A DNA stretch of 53,330 bases from a virus (lineage: Duplodnaviria; Caudoviricetes), in the IMG/VR virus record IMGVR_UViG_3300042922_000577, positions 1 through 53,330 of that record, one strand, 5' to 3'. Of the stretch, positions 27,452 through 37,641 are shown piece by piece. Positions within the stretch are counted from its first letter, which is position 1. Each line of letters starts with the position of its first letter. The position numbers were made by a program, and so were the translations under genes. Below the pieces are notes generated by a model. The model worked only from the letters and a program-made list of their open reading frames with translations, made no database searches and had not been told where the DNA came from.

Positions 27452-29697
27452 CAGTCCTCCAGGGAGAGCGGGGCGGCGCTGAACTCAGCGAAGGTGGCAC
27501 GCTCGGCGAGGAGCGTGTTGAACGACTCGAAGGTGTTCGGCAGGCCGCGCTCGGCGAACTGCTGGGTGAGCCAAGTGTTGAGGTCTCCGGCGGTGGTGTC
27601 GTTCTCCGCGGTGTAGCTGATGCTGGCCGGGGTGATGTCCGTCGTGCGCAGGCGATACCAGAGGCCATCGCGGAAGGTGCGCGCGCCCGCGACGTTGCCG
27701 AAGGCCTGGTTGACGAAGGCGTCGGCGACGGTCGCGGCCCACTCGTCATTGAACGCCCCGAAGTCGAACCCCACGTACTCGGCGTTGAAATCTGCGAATG
27801 TCGTCCAGCCCTGGTCGGCCGCGTATTCGTTGAAATCTCCGAATGTCGGGTAGGCGTACGAGCCCGACTCGCCCGACCGGTTGATGCCGGTGGTCTCGAC
27901 TCGGATGGTGTGACGGGGGCCGCCGTAGCGCGACAGCATCCAGGCCATCGCGTCGTAGAGGTCGGAGAGGTTCGTGACGAACTCGGAGTCGAGCGTCGCA
28001 CCGACCTCGACCGTGGTGTCGTCCTCGGTGGCCGAGGTGATCAGCCGGATGGGGCCGTGCTTCTCGTAGAAGACGCCGGTGCCCACGAGCCGGAGGCTGG
28101 AGTAGTTGTCGCTCGGTCCCGCGGATGCCGCGATGCGGAAGGGGGCGTAGCGCTCGATCTGGGCGCCGGTGATCCGGATGAGGAGCGAGCGCGTGTCGTC
28201 CCCGATCGAGACCTCGACCTTGCCGCCCGCCTCCAGCCACTGCGACGCGGGGACGGGCAGGCCGTCCGAGCCGACCACGGAGTAGACGCTGGTCGGGCCG
28301 ATGTACTCGCGGCTCACGTAGTTCTGGGCGATCGGCTGGGAGATCGACGACAGGCTCGCGTTGATCGGAACGTCGTACTCGATCGTCTCCCCGGCATCCA
28401 CCGTGTAGACCTGCACCTGGTCGTTCCAGCCGCCGTCCGGGTAGGCGAGCCCCGCGGTGCGCTGCGTAGTCTCGTACCAGTAGCCCTCGACGGCGAGCGC
28501 GAGGCTGGAGTCATCCATCGACCAGGAGAAGTCCTTGTCGCGTCGGTCGACCGTGATGCGCCCGCGGATGGGGCGGATGATGATGTTGTCGGACGCCTGG
28601 GTGATCTCGCCGCCCTTGATCGCGAGCAGGCGCTTCATCTGGAGCCAGACCTCGGCCTGCCAACCCGGGAAGGTTCCGGTCATGGTCGAGTACACGGGGT
28701 CGATGACGTAGCCGTCCACGATGCCGACGAGCCCGAGCAGGTAGATGAAGTAGTTCCGGAGCGTGCCGGTGAAGGGCTGGGCGGTGCGCTCGACGGACAG
28801 CGCGACCGTGCGCTGATCCAGCTGCACGCTCGTGCCGGTAAGGCTGCCGGAAGGGACACGCGCCGTCCCCGAGGTCACGCCCTGCCCGCGGTCAGTGAGC
28901 GTCATCGTCTTCCGCGAGAGGCGCTTGGCGGCCACGCGGCTGCCGCCGTTGAACAGGTCGATCGAGATGCTGCCCCCGGCGCCCGTGGTGTCGGTCGGGT
29001 CGACGCTCGTGGCCTCCTCGTGCACCGAGTAGCCCGTGTCGCCCTTCAGCACCTCGGTGCCGGGGATGAGGGTGCGCTCCTCCAGGGCGGTCGGCGAAGC
29101 GTCCTCGGCGCCCGTCCAGATCACACGCTGAAGCTCGGTGTTGAGCGCGGGGTCGAGATAGAAGCCGCCCGACCCCTCTTCGAAGTCGATCTCCTGGATG
29201 TCGACCGTCATGCCGGAGGCGCCGCCGGTCTGAATGACGGCGACGCCAGCCGAAGTCCCGGCGGTTCCGGTGATGCTATTGCCAGTGACGACAAAGTCCT
29301 GGAAGACATTCGCCTCGGTGACCGTGATCACACCAAGCGTGGATTGGCCCGTGGAAGAACTAATGGTCCCTCGGACGGCGATTGTAAGATTGCCGACCGC
29401 ACTCGCTCGAATGCGAAGCTGAACGGTAACCGTCACCCCCACCCCGCGGGGCATGCCTGGCCCGATGATAATGTCCGCCACGCGGGCGGCTGTGGTCGCG
29501 GTGGTGCGGGTGTGACGGTAGGCCGTGGGCGTGCGCCCCGGGAGTCCGGTGAGCGTGGAGCGGGTGCCGAGCGTCGCGGCTCCGAAACCGGTGAGGCTCG
29601 CTGCCCGCGGGTTCTGGAAGAGGTTCCGACGCTTCTCGACCCAGGGGGTGTAGCCGCCATTGCCATTCGTGACCTTGACTTCGATGCCGGTGGTCAC
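27451..29697 (-). CDS. large minor tail (tail tip) protein with inserted carbohydrate-binding-like domain
   Basis: GTG start coupled to the previous gene; RRNLFQNP...QEIDFEEG jelly-roll-like insert. Confidence 0.75.
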   Translation of the reverse strand: MTTGIEVKVTNGNGGYTPWVEKRRNLFQNPRAASLTGFGAATLGTRSTLTGLPGRTPTAYRHTRTTATTAARVADIIIGPGMPRGVGVTVTVQLRIRASAVGNLTIAVRGTISSSTGQSTLGVITVTEANVFQDFVVTGNSITGTAGTSAGVAVIQTGGASGMTVDIQEIDFEEGSGGFYLDPALNTELQRVIWTGAEDASPTALEERTLIPGTEVLKGDTGYSVHEEATSVDPTDTTGAGGSISIDLFNGGSRVAAKRLSRKTMTLTDRGQGVTSGTARVPSGSLTGTSVQLDQRTVALSVERTAQPFTGTLRNYFIYLLGLVGIVDGYVIDPVYSTMTGTFPGWQAEVWLQMKRLLAIKGGEITQASDNIIIRPIRGRITVDRRDKDFSWSMDDSSLALAVEGYWYETTQRTAGLAYPDGGWNDQVQVYTVDAGETIEYDVPINASLSSISQPIAQNYVSREYIGPTSVYSVVGSDGLPVPASQWLEAGGKVEVSIGDDTRSLLIRITGAQIERYAPFRIAASAGPSDNYSSLRLVGTGVFYEKHGPIRLITSATEDDTTVEVGATLDSEFVTNLSDLYDAMAWMLSRYGGPRHTIRVETTGINRSGESGSYAYPTFGDFNEYAADQGWTTFADFNAEYVGFDFGAFNDEWAATVADAFVNQAFGNVAGARTFRDGLWYRLRTTDITPASISYTAENDTTAGDLNTWLTQQFAERGLPNTFESFNTLLAERATFAEFSAAPLSLED

Positions 29698-30575
29698 AGG
29701 TCCATACCCGTCTCGACGAGGCGCGCCGTCAGCGACACGCGATCGAACACAGCCGAGTAGGGCGTTTTCGCGGGCTTGCCGACGAACTGGCATCCGGAGT
29801 GGCCCTGGCCGGAGATGAAGTTCTGGGCGACGGGAGCGACGCCGGTCGGGAGAATCTGCACGACGAGACCGTACAGCGTGAAGGTGCGGGTGCTGAGCGC
29901 CTGGGTGAACCCAAGCACGATGCCCGAGGACTGGTCGCTGGTGAACTCGGTGTTGACCAAGTTCGCCTCCAGGCCCAGCGTCGTGATCGGGACCGGCGTG
30001 CCGACCGTGGTGTAGCCGTTCACCCGCTGCACCTGCATGATCCCCGAGGTGTCCGCGTGCACGCCGACCCACGCCGAGTGCCCCGGCGGGATGGGGATGT
30101 ACTGCGAATACGACAGGCTGGAGGGCTTCTGGGTGAACTGCGCCGAGCGCGCCGGGTACCGGAAGGCGTTGGCGGGGGTCGTGACGGCCTTGGGGCGGCC
30201 GGAGCCGTCCGCATCCGTGATGAGCGGCGGAGCGTCCTCACAGCCCAGCGAGGGCGTTGCCATGGCCTGATTCAGGACGTTGGCGTCCCGGGCCATCGGG
30301 TCGATCCAGTAGACGAGGTTGACGCCATCGAGCAGGTCGTAGACGCCATCGGCGAAGTCCGTGATCCGCCGGATGGCCTCACGGTCGTTCGAGATGCCCC
30401 AGTCGAGCACGTACACGTTGTGGGCGTTCTTCGACTCGCGGTAACCCGCGCCGCCGCCGGTGTACTGCTGCTCGCCGGAGGACCACCCCGCGCGGGTGTA
30501 GTCGGGGTTGATGCCCGGCGTCGGAATCCAGGTCTCGAATCCACGGGTGCCGAACCACGTCCGCTTCTTGCTCAT
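29694..30575 (-). CDS. minor tail (distal tail-like) protein
   Basis: Directly after the tape measure gene. Confidence 0.75.
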   Translation of the reverse strand: MSKKRTWFGTRGFETWIPTPGINPDYTRAGWSSGEQQYTGGGAGYRESKNAHNVYVLDWGISNDREAIRRITDFADGVYDLLDGVNLVYWIDPMARDANVLNQAMATPSLGCEDAPPLITDADGSGRPKAVTTPANAFRYPARSAQFTQKPSSLSYSQYIPIPPGHSAWVGVHADTSGIMQVQRVNGYTTVGTPVPITTLGLEANLVNTEFTSDQSSGIVLGFTQALSTRTFTLYGLVVQILPTGVAPVAQNFISGQGHSGCQFVGKPAKTPYSAVFDRVSLTARLVETGMDL

Positions 30576-33500
30576 GCTCCGCCCCTACGGTTGTCGTCCT
30601 CGTTCGCTGCACCGGTGGACTTCACCACGTCGGTCGCTGCGATGCTCACCTGCACGGGCTTGCCGCTCGCCAGGATCATCCGGTCGACCGGGGACAGTTC
30701 CACCACCATAGACGACGGGAACTTCGTGCTGCCGCCGCCGGACTTCGGAGCGTACTGCCACGGGTTCCGGCCCTGGTTGGCCGCGTTGACGAACTGGCCG
30801 GACACCATCCGCGAGCCGCGCTCGTTGAGCACGCGCTCGCGGTTGTGCACGACACCGGCGATCTCGTCGGGGTTGCCGGAGCCCGTCCAGGCGGTGCCGG
30901 AGCGGTAGCTGCCGGACGCCAGGATCGCCGAGCGCACGGCGATGCCGGTCCGAGCGGCCACGGCCTCGAAGACGTTGCCCTGAAGGCCGTAGGTGAGGGC
31001 CTGCGCCTGGAGGACGGCGATCTCCGCGAGGAGCACGCCTCGACGGCCAAGCTTCCGGGCCGCCTCCTCGCCCGCGTTGGTGTTGAACCCGCCCGCGCCG
31101 CCGCCGAAAGCGCTGCTGAGCGCGTTGCCGACCGCCTGCCCGGCCTCGACCCCCCGGGCCTGGAACTCGTTCAGCGCCTGGATGGCGGGGTTGACGTTCG
31201 CCGAGACGGTGATGTTCCGGGGCACGCGGGAGATGGCCAGAGCTACGTCGTCGAACGCCGAAGCGTACTTCGACAGTTCGACGCTGTTGTAGCCCAGCTG
31301 CGCGGCCTGCGCCAGAAACTCTTGCTTCAGGCGCTGCGACTCGGACTGGAGGACTTCCTGCGAGGCGCCGGATGCCGCCAGCTTCTCGATGTAGCTCTGG
31401 TAGCCCTGCACGAGACCGGTGAGCGTGGCGCGGTTCTCGATGGCCGAGTCCGAGTTGCCCTCCAGGCCGCGGGAGTTCTTCTCCTGCGCCTTCGTGAGCG
31501 AGGCCGACTTCTTGGAGAGGTCGGAGTCGATGTCGGCGATCTCAGCGCGCAGCTGCCCGGCCCGGAGCGCGTCGCCGTAGTTCTCCGCGACGCTGAGCCA
31601 GTATTCGCGGATGTCGCGGTCGGCGGTCAGCTGCATCATCTCGGCGCGGTATCCGGCGATCTCCAGCGCCGTGTCGGCGACGGCCTGGCGGATCGCATTC
31701 CACGAGGAGGTGACCTGATCGAGCGCCTGCGTCGAGCCGAACCGGATGTCGAAGGCGCGAGTCATCACGCCGGACAGGTCGCTCGCGTAGTCGACGAGGG
31801 TGCGAATCTTCTCCGCGGCGCCGCCCGAGCCGCCCGCGGCGTCGCCCAGGTCGCCGATGCCGCCCGCGAAGTCCTCGACGATCGGCGTGGCCATGCTTGC
31901 GGCATCGCCGAACTCGGTGGTCTCGTCCGACATCCAGCCCATGTCCCGCGCGAAGTTGCCCCACTCCTTCTTGGCGTCGCGCCGGAAGTTGCCGAGTTCG
32001 TCGTGCGCGACCTGGAGGCCGTCCGCCCAGTCCGCGAAGACGCCGCCGCCGGGGAGAGCGCCCACGAAGTCGGAGAGGATGCGGGCGGCGGCCACGACCG
32101 ACTGCGCGATGCCGGTGAGCACGTCGATGACGATATCTCCGGCGCCCTTCATGTTGAACAGGGCCTCGGTCACCAGCTGGAGGATGCCGATGATGATGGT
32201 GGCGCGCCCGACCGCCTTCAGCGACCCGGCGAGCCCCACGAGGGACACCTTGCCGCTGTCGGCGTTGATCTTGACGAGGCCGAGAGCGACGGCGAGCGCG
32301 CGGATGTTCGCGATGATGCCCGCGCCGCCGATGCCGATGGCGGCCGAGCGGAGTGCGAGGAGGGCGGCCGTGGCCAGCGCGATGCCGCCGCGCAGCGCCG
32401 CGTAGCCCGCGACGAGCGTGAGGATGGTCGCGCCGAACCGGACGGCCCACTCGCCCGCCGGGCTGTCGACGAACGCCGTGAGCACCTGGAGCACCTGGCT
32501 CGCGCCGTCGAGGAGCGAGGAGAGCGCCGGGGCCACCTGATCGCCCACGGAGGCCGCGAAGGTCATCAGGGCGTTCAGGAACAGCTGCCAGCGAGTGTTG
32601 AGGTCGTCGAGCACGAGCGCGTACTGGCGCGCAAGCTCCGACCCCTCGGTCCAGCCCTGGCGGCCGTTCGCGATCGACTGGTTGAACACGTCGGTGTTGG
32701 CGCCGAGCCGCTGGAAGACATCCGAGACGCGCAGCTGCGAGAGCCCGAGGCGGTCGAGCGCTTCGGTGGCGCCCACGGTGTCGGTCTGTTCGAGCGATGC
32801 CAGGAAGCGCTGGAAGACCTCCAGGCCCTGACCGCTGCGGACGGCGGCGTCGAGTTCGGCGCTCGACATGCCGACGACGGTGGCGAAGTCGTTGAGCTTG
32901 TCGCCGCCCTCGGCCACAGCCGCCGTGAGCGTCTGGAAGTAGGTCGTCAGGGCGCCTCGCGCACGCTCCGGGGGCACGCGGAGCTCGCCGAGAGCGCCGG
33001 ACAGGCCGATGACCTCTTCGGCCGAGAATCCAGCCTGGGAGGCCTGCTGGCCGATCTCTCGGGTGAGCGAGAGGATTTCGGACTCCGTGGCCACCGAGCG
33101 GCGGCCGACGAGGGCGATGGCCGAGCCCAGGCGCTCATAGTCGGCCTCGGCCACTCCCAGGATTTCGCTCATCGAGCCGAAGGACTTCGCGGTCTCCTCG
33201 AAGGAGACGCCCGACACTGCGGCGAAGCGCGCGACCGTGCCGGTGAAGCCCTCGATGTTCCGCGCCTCGACGCCAAGCTGGTTACCCAGGGTGGCGATGC
33301 CAGAGAGTTCCTGGAAGGTCAGCGGGATTTCGTTCGACAGGCCGACCAGCTGGCTCCGAAGCTCCTCGACGGCGATCGAGCCGGGCTCGACCGTGCGCTC
33401 GACGTTCGTGAAGGCCGACTCGTAGCTGGCGGATGCGGTCGCCACCGCGACGCCCACGCCAGCGATCGCTGCGGACGCTGTAAGGGAGACCTGGGCCACG

Positions 33501-34072
33501 TCGTAGAGCGCGTACCGCAGGCGGGGGAGCGCGGACTCCTGATCGAGCAGGCCGCGCGTGCCCTCGCGGGTCTGGGTATTGGCCTTCGCCGCCTCGCGTG
33601 CGTAGTTCGCCTGCGCGGCCGCAAGCTCCGTAGTGGCACGCGCCGAACGGTTCGTGTTGTGGGCGAGGTCGGCCTCTTCGGAGGAGTCGAGCTTCGAGCG
33701 GGTCTCGCCGACGAACGCCTGAGCCCGACGCAGCCGCTCGCGCGCGGAGGCCAGCGCATCGGTCTCGCGCGAAATCTGGCCGTAGTCGACCTTGTTGATA
33801 GCCGCCTGGAGCCGGTCCTCGGCGTTCTCCAGCGCGCGTGCGCTCTGCGCCGCCCGGTCCTGCGTCGTCGAGGCATTCCGGAGGGCCGTCGACTGGGTAT
33901 CGGTCGCCTTGGCGGTGCCGATGAGCGCACGCTCGGCCTTGCTCGTCCGCTTCTCGACCTGATCGAACTGCGCACCGAGGTGGCCGAGCAGGGTGACGGT
34001 CTGGTTCACCGCCTTATCGACATCGGACGTGTCGAAGCCGAGGGAGGCCAGATACTCCTCGGAAGTGGCCAT
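30572..34072 (-). CDS. tape measure protein
   Basis: 1166 aa, Ala/Gly-rich helical repeats, YESAFTNVERT...LGNQLG TMP domain, central TM segments. Confidence 0.92.
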   Translation of the reverse strand: MATSEEYLASLGFDTSDVDKAVNQTVTLLGHLGAQFDQVEKRTSKAERALIGTAKATDTQSTALRNASTTQDRAAQSARALENAEDRLQAAINKVDYGQISRETDALASARERLRRAQAFVGETRSKLDSSEEADLAHNTNRSARATTELAAAQANYAREAAKANTQTREGTRGLLDQESALPRLRYALYDVAQVSLTASAAIAGVGVAVATASASYESAFTNVERTVEPGSIAVEELRSQLVGLSNEIPLTFQELSGIATLGNQLGVEARNIEGFTGTVARFAAVSGVSFEETAKSFGSMSEILGVAEADYERLGSAIALVGRRSVATESEILSLTREIGQQASQAGFSAEEVIGLSGALGELRVPPERARGALTTYFQTLTAAVAEGGDKLNDFATVVGMSSAELDAAVRSGQGLEVFQRFLASLEQTDTVGATEALDRLGLSQLRVSDVFQRLGANTDVFNQSIANGRQGWTEGSELARQYALVLDDLNTRWQLFLNALMTFAASVGDQVAPALSSLLDGASQVLQVLTAFVDSPAGEWAVRFGATILTLVAGYAALRGGIALATAALLALRSAAIGIGGAGIIANIRALAVALGLVKINADSGKVSLVGLAGSLKAVGRATIIIGILQLVTEALFNMKGAGDIVIDVLTGIAQSVVAAARILSDFVGALPGGGVFADWADGLQVAHDELGNFRRDAKKEWGNFARDMGWMSDETTEFGDAASMATPIVEDFAGGIGDLGDAAGGSGGAAEKIRTLVDYASDLSGVMTRAFDIRFGSTQALDQVTSSWNAIRQAVADTALEIAGYRAEMMQLTADRDIREYWLSVAENYGDALRAGQLRAEIADIDSDLSKKSASLTKAQEKNSRGLEGNSDSAIENRATLTGLVQGYQSYIEKLAASGASQEVLQSESQRLKQEFLAQAAQLGYNSVELSKYASAFDDVALAISRVPRNITVSANVNPAIQALNEFQARGVEAGQAVGNALSSAFGGGAGGFNTNAGEEAARKLGRRGVLLAEIAVLQAQALTYGLQGNVFEAVAARTGIAVRSAILASGSYRSGTAWTGSGNPDEIAGVVHNRERVLNERGSRMVSGQFVNAANQGRNPWQYAPKSGGGSTKFPSSMVVELSPVDRMILASGKPVQVSIAATDVVKSTGAANEDDNRRGGA

Positions 34073-34088
34073 GCGCGCTCTCTCCGGG

Positions 34089-34612
34089 TTATGCAGGGCT
34101 GGTCAGGCCGTCACCGTAGTCAGCGGGGTTGTACCCGCCCTCCGGTCGATCGCGCTCGATCCCAGCTTCGCTGAGTTCTTCGTCACGATCCTGCTGTTCC
34201 TGAATGGCCGCCTCGGTGAAGCCTTGGCGCGTGAGACCACCATACTCCAGAGGCTTGCCCTCGATGTCGAGCGCCACCGCGAAACGCGAGACGCCCATCT
34301 TCTTGTCCTTGCCCGCGTTCTCCTTGTCCCACTTCGCGAGCGCGTAGTCGGCCATGTCGGTGCGCTCCTCGACGGCGATCCGGATGTTCGGATCGAGCGA
34401 ACGCGTCACCCACACGGGTAGGCCGGTGTTCGAGGAGATTTCGTCCTCGTGAATCTGGTAGGCGTGTACGAGGAGCCGGTCGAGCTTGTTCCACTTCGAG
34501 TGCGGCTGCTTGCCGAGGAGAAGGGTCGTAGGGCGGAGGTTCCGGAGAATCGCCGCTCGCAACATCGTGAGGATGTGGGCGTTCTCCCCCTTGTGGAGTT
34601 CGCCGCTTAGAA
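34089..34612 (-). CDS. C-terminal part of frameshifted tail assembly chaperone (G-T fusion)
   Basis: The -1 frame continues GFLSGELHK... from the slippery site. Confidence 0.75.
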
Positions 34613-35284
34613 ACCCGGGTCCTGCACCGACTGGAGCCGGATACCGGCGCGCAGGGTCAACTCCTGGTAGTCGTCCTTCAGAGCCTGCCAGGTGGCCGGG
34701 TGCATGTTCGAGGAGTTCGACAGCATCTCGCCGAGTTCCGCCTTCGGGCATCCGAAGTCGACGATCCGGCCGTCCGCGGTGACGACCTTCTGCACGATCT
34801 CGCCGAACAGGCGGTGCTCCAGCCACTCCTGGGTGTCCTGGTCGGTGTAGCCCTCGCGGAGGGTGCCGTCCTTCTCCAGGAAGAGCTTCCGCGCCTCGCG
34901 CTTGGCGATCTTCAGCGCCACCTCGGGGTATGCGCGCAGGTGCCACGAGAGCGCCGTCGAGAGCATCTTCTCGCGGGCCTCCTCGACGAGCGCGTCGGCC
35001 TTCTCGACCTCAGCGGCCATCTCGGCGTACGCCTTCTTGACCTCGGCGGAGGCGTTCCGCTTCGGCTTCTCGGCGGCCTCGTACATGCCTCGCAGCTGAC
35101 CGGCGTCGGCGCGGCGCTCGTCGTAGGTCTTCACGGCCTCCAGGTCGCGGAAGGTGATCCGCTTCTTCTCCGGGAGCACGCCGGGGCGCGGGGGTCCGCC
35201 GAAGAGGTCGGCGAGGGTGAAGTTCTCCTTGGCGATACGCTCTTCGTCTTCGAGGTTGACGGGGGCGTCGGCGTCGTCATTCAT
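34607..35284 (-). CDS. tail assembly chaperone
   Basis: Between tail tube and TMP genes; GGAGCAGA RBS; ends at the slippery sequence. Confidence 0.8.
   Translation of the reverse strand: MNDDADAPVNLEDEERIAKENFTLADLFGGPPRPGVLPEKKRITFRDLEAVKTYDERRADAGQLRGMYEAAEKPKRNASAEVKKAYAEMAAEVEKADALVEEAREKMLSTALSWHLRAYPEVALKIAKREARKLFLEKDGTLREGYTDQDTQEWLEHRLFGEIVQKVVTADGRIVDFGCPKAELGEMLSNSSNMHPATWQALKDDYQELTLRAGIRLQSVQDPGF
34610..34619 (-). other. programmed -1 ribosomal frameshift site (C CCG GGT / G GGT TTC)
   Basis: gac ccg ggt ttc taa at the end of the chaperone ORF, upstream of the TMP gene. Confidence 0.75.
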
Positions 35285-35326
35285 GTCTGCTCCGTTCGAG
35301 GTTGGGAGCACCAGCATACAGACAGA

Positions 35327-35368
35327 CGAACCCCCCTCGTGTCGACCCGAACGACAGAGGGGGGTTCG
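35327..35368 (-). terminator. hairpin after tail tube genes
   Basis: cgaacccccct...agggggttcg inverted repeat. Confidence 0.6.
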
Positions 35369-35377
35369 CGTGGGCGA

Positions 35378-36130
35378 TTACGGGCTGGTTACCGTGACCG
35401 CCGTGGAGGCGAGGCTACCCGGCATCTTGGCCGTGACGTTCGCCGTACCAGCCCCCACGATCTCGATGATGCCGTCCGTGACCCGCGCGACCGCCTGGTT
35501 GGAGGAGGTCCACTCGGCGTTGCGCGTCACGTCGTTGCCCTCGTAGGTCGCCCGGCGCAGCGCCAGGGTGCCCACGGCGCCCGTGACGGCTCCACCGGCC
35601 ACGGTGACGGCCGTGGGGGTCGCGGCGTCGACCACGATCCAGGGCGCGACGCTGCCGCGGGGCAGGAGCGACTGGATGTAGGCGTAGCCGCCGGTGCCTT
35701 CGGTGTCGGGCTCGTAGCCGTCCGTCATCACCTTGTAGAGGTTCACCCAGTCGCCCGCGGCGGCCGGGGTGCGGCGGTCGACGAACCCGATGCGCTCGAC
35801 GAGCACGAGTTCGGTGCCGCGGGTCTTCACGAGGTTGAACGCCTGGCGGAGGATCGAGGAGGTGTCGGTCGCCTTCGGGAAGAAGAACGGCACGCCGCCG
35901 CCGAACTGCATGAAGCCACGCAGCGTCTCCGTGGCGTCGTCGTCGAGCGAGCGGTCGTCTTCCTGGTCCGACGCCTGCATGCCGAAGTCGAGGCCGTCCC
36001 AGCGGACAGCCGGGGCGCACGGGAGCAGCGCGTTGATCTGGGTGGCGTTGATCTTGGTGAAGTCGGTGACTCCGGAGGCCAGGCCCAGCCACAGCTGGAC
36101 CCGCTTGTTCGAGAGGTCGCGAGTAGGCAT
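35378..36130 (-). CDS. major tail (tube) protein 2 with C-terminal Ig-like domain
   Basis: WTSSNQAVARV..G.I..VGAGTANVTA Ig-like motif; paralogous to 36145-36732. Confidence 0.8.
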   Translation of the reverse strand: MPTRDLSNKRVQLWLGLASGVTDFTKINATQINALLPCAPAVRWDGLDFGMQASDQEDDRSLDDDATETLRGFMQFGGGVPFFFPKATDTSSILRQAFNLVKTRGTELVLVERIGFVDRRTPAAAGDWVNLYKVMTDGYEPDTEGTGGYAYIQSLLPRGSVAPWIVVDAATPTAVTVAGGAVTGAVGTLALRRATYEGNDVTRNAEWTSSNQAVARVTDGIIEIVGAGTANVTAKMPGSLASTAVTVTSP

Positions 36131-36144
36131 GTCGTGTTCTCCGG

Positions 36145-36732
36145 TCAGACCAGCGTGTAGCGGTCGATGTAGTTGCCGGTCGGGACCGGGGACTGGGTGA
36201 GCTTCAGGTTACCGCGGTCCTCCTTCACGTCCACCGGCACGTCCGTGTAGGTGTCGTAGATGGAGATGATCTGGCCCGCAGCGAACGCGGCCGTCGAGGC
36301 GAAGCCGATGCGGTCGACCCAGCCGTAGCGGGCGTCGACCGAGTTGTTCAGCTGCGTGAACAGGTTGAACACGCCGGTGTCGGCCTTGTTGCGGTCGCGG
36401 AGTCCGGTGATCTCGGCCTCGATGTTGGCGAACGTGGGGTCCGCCTCGTTGCCGATCGAGCAGATGGTCAGTTCGGTGTCGGTCTCGCTCTCGCCCATGC
36501 CGAGCGTCACGTCGTCGAGGACGGCGCACGAGATGTTGCCACCGTGTGCGGCGCCGGTGGCGTTGGTCGTGGTGACCTGGCGCCAGGCGTCGAGGATGGC
36601 CACGGACGGCGTGAAGAACGGCGTCGTGGTGCCGGTCGGCGAGACGATGACGAGCGAGCCGTCCGCCTTCTCGTAGACGGGCACCTGCATGATGGTGCGA
36701 TTGGCTCGGAGGAGCCGGTCGATGCTGGTCAC
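36145..36732 (-). CDS. major tail (tube) protein 1
   Basis: NISCAV...ICSIG; shares the RIGF...AAG...Y...TD motif with the next gene. Confidence 0.75.
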   Translation of the reverse strand: MTSIDRLLRANRTIMQVPVYEKADGSLVIVSPTGTTTPFFTPSVAILDAWRQVTTTNATGAAHGGNISCAVLDDVTLGMGESETDTELTICSIGNEADPTFANIEAEITGLRDRNKADTGVFNLFTQLNNSVDARYGWVDRIGFASTAAFAAGQIISIYDTYTDVPVDVKEDRGNLKLTQSPVPTGNYIDRYTLV

Positions 36733-37133
36733 TGCGCGTCTCCCTCAGCGCTGGAGGAGGACGCGGTGCCCTCCTGGGTCTCGGCGTCGGCGACGACCTT
36801 CTCGGCCGCGTCGATCTGGGCCTGAGCCTCCGCCTCGGCGGCCTGGACGGCGGCCTTCGCCTCGCGCGCGATCTTGGAGTTCGGCGCGTTGCCGTCTGCG
36901 ATCACGGCGTCGTAGGAAGCCTGCGCGGCGGCGACGGCATCGGTGGGAGGTTCGGGAGCATCGTGCTCTCCGACCTTGCCGGGCGTGAAATCACCCGACG
37001 CGAGGGACTTTGCATCGTCAGCGACGATCTCCAGGTAGTCCGAGAACAACTCGTACTGTTCGGGAGTGACGCGCTGCACGATGCCCGTAAGGGTGTGACG
37101 GGTGTTGACCGTCTCCGGCTCAGGCATGCTCAT
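36729..37133 (-). CDS. hypothetical virion-region protein
   Basis: Leaderless-type start; acidic and Ala-rich. Confidence 0.7.
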   Translation of the reverse strand: MSMPEPETVNTRHTLTGIVQRVTPEQYELFSDYLEIVADDAKSLASGDFTPGKVGEHDAPEPPTDAVAAAQASYDAVIADGNAPNSKIAREAKAAVQAAEAEAQAQIDAAEKVVADAETQEGTASSSSAEGDAQ

Positions 37134-37185
37134 GCGGCAGAGTCTAGCCCATGCCTCGCGCGGAATATCTCGCTTTTCGCGGAGT

Positions 37186-37641
37186 TCAGTCCAGCGCGTC
37201 GTCGATCGACATATTCACGAGGCACGAGCCCGCCACCGGCCGGAGGAACCGGACCGGCCGCCCCTGGTCGTAGTTCGCGAAGCCGCCGCCCCCGCCGGTG
37301 AGGGTGATCTCGCTGGCGTTGTTCTCGCTCGGGCGCCATCCGGTGAGGAGCTTGATCACGCCGGTGCCGCCCGCGCGCGCGTCGTTCTTCGTGGCGCCCC
37401 AGCACTCGGCGACGAACGGGAGGACGTGCGGCTGCTGCGCGGCGCCCTCGATCGACTGGTCCTGGCCGGAGGGGAAAAGCGTGCCGAAGGTGAGCACGAT
37501 GTACGGCAGGATGAGGCCGGTCACCGTGTCGCGGGCGAGGTCCGTCTCGTCGGGAAGCTCGTCGTAGACCCGGCCCGACCACAGGTTCGCCTTCAGGCGC
37601 TGGAGGATCGCATCCTCTTCGGGAACGGTGTCGAGCGCCAT
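37186..37641 (-). CDS. tail terminator protein
   Basis: Size and position; GRVYD...PYIVL pattern. Confidence 0.7.
   Translation of the reverse strand: MALDTVPEEDAILQRLKANLWSGRVYDELPDETDLARDTVTGLILPYIVLTFGTLFPSGQDQSIEGAAQQPHVLPFVAECWGATKNDARAGGTGVIKLLTGWRPSENNASEITLTGGGGGFANYDQGRPVRFLRPVAGSCLVNMSIDDALD

Noticed and set aside
30845-34174. 1109-aa plus-strand ORF and other long antisense ORFs (e.g. 43126-45249, 27910-29760)
   Set aside because: These are shadow frames of real genes in high-GC DNA, with no motifs or RBS.
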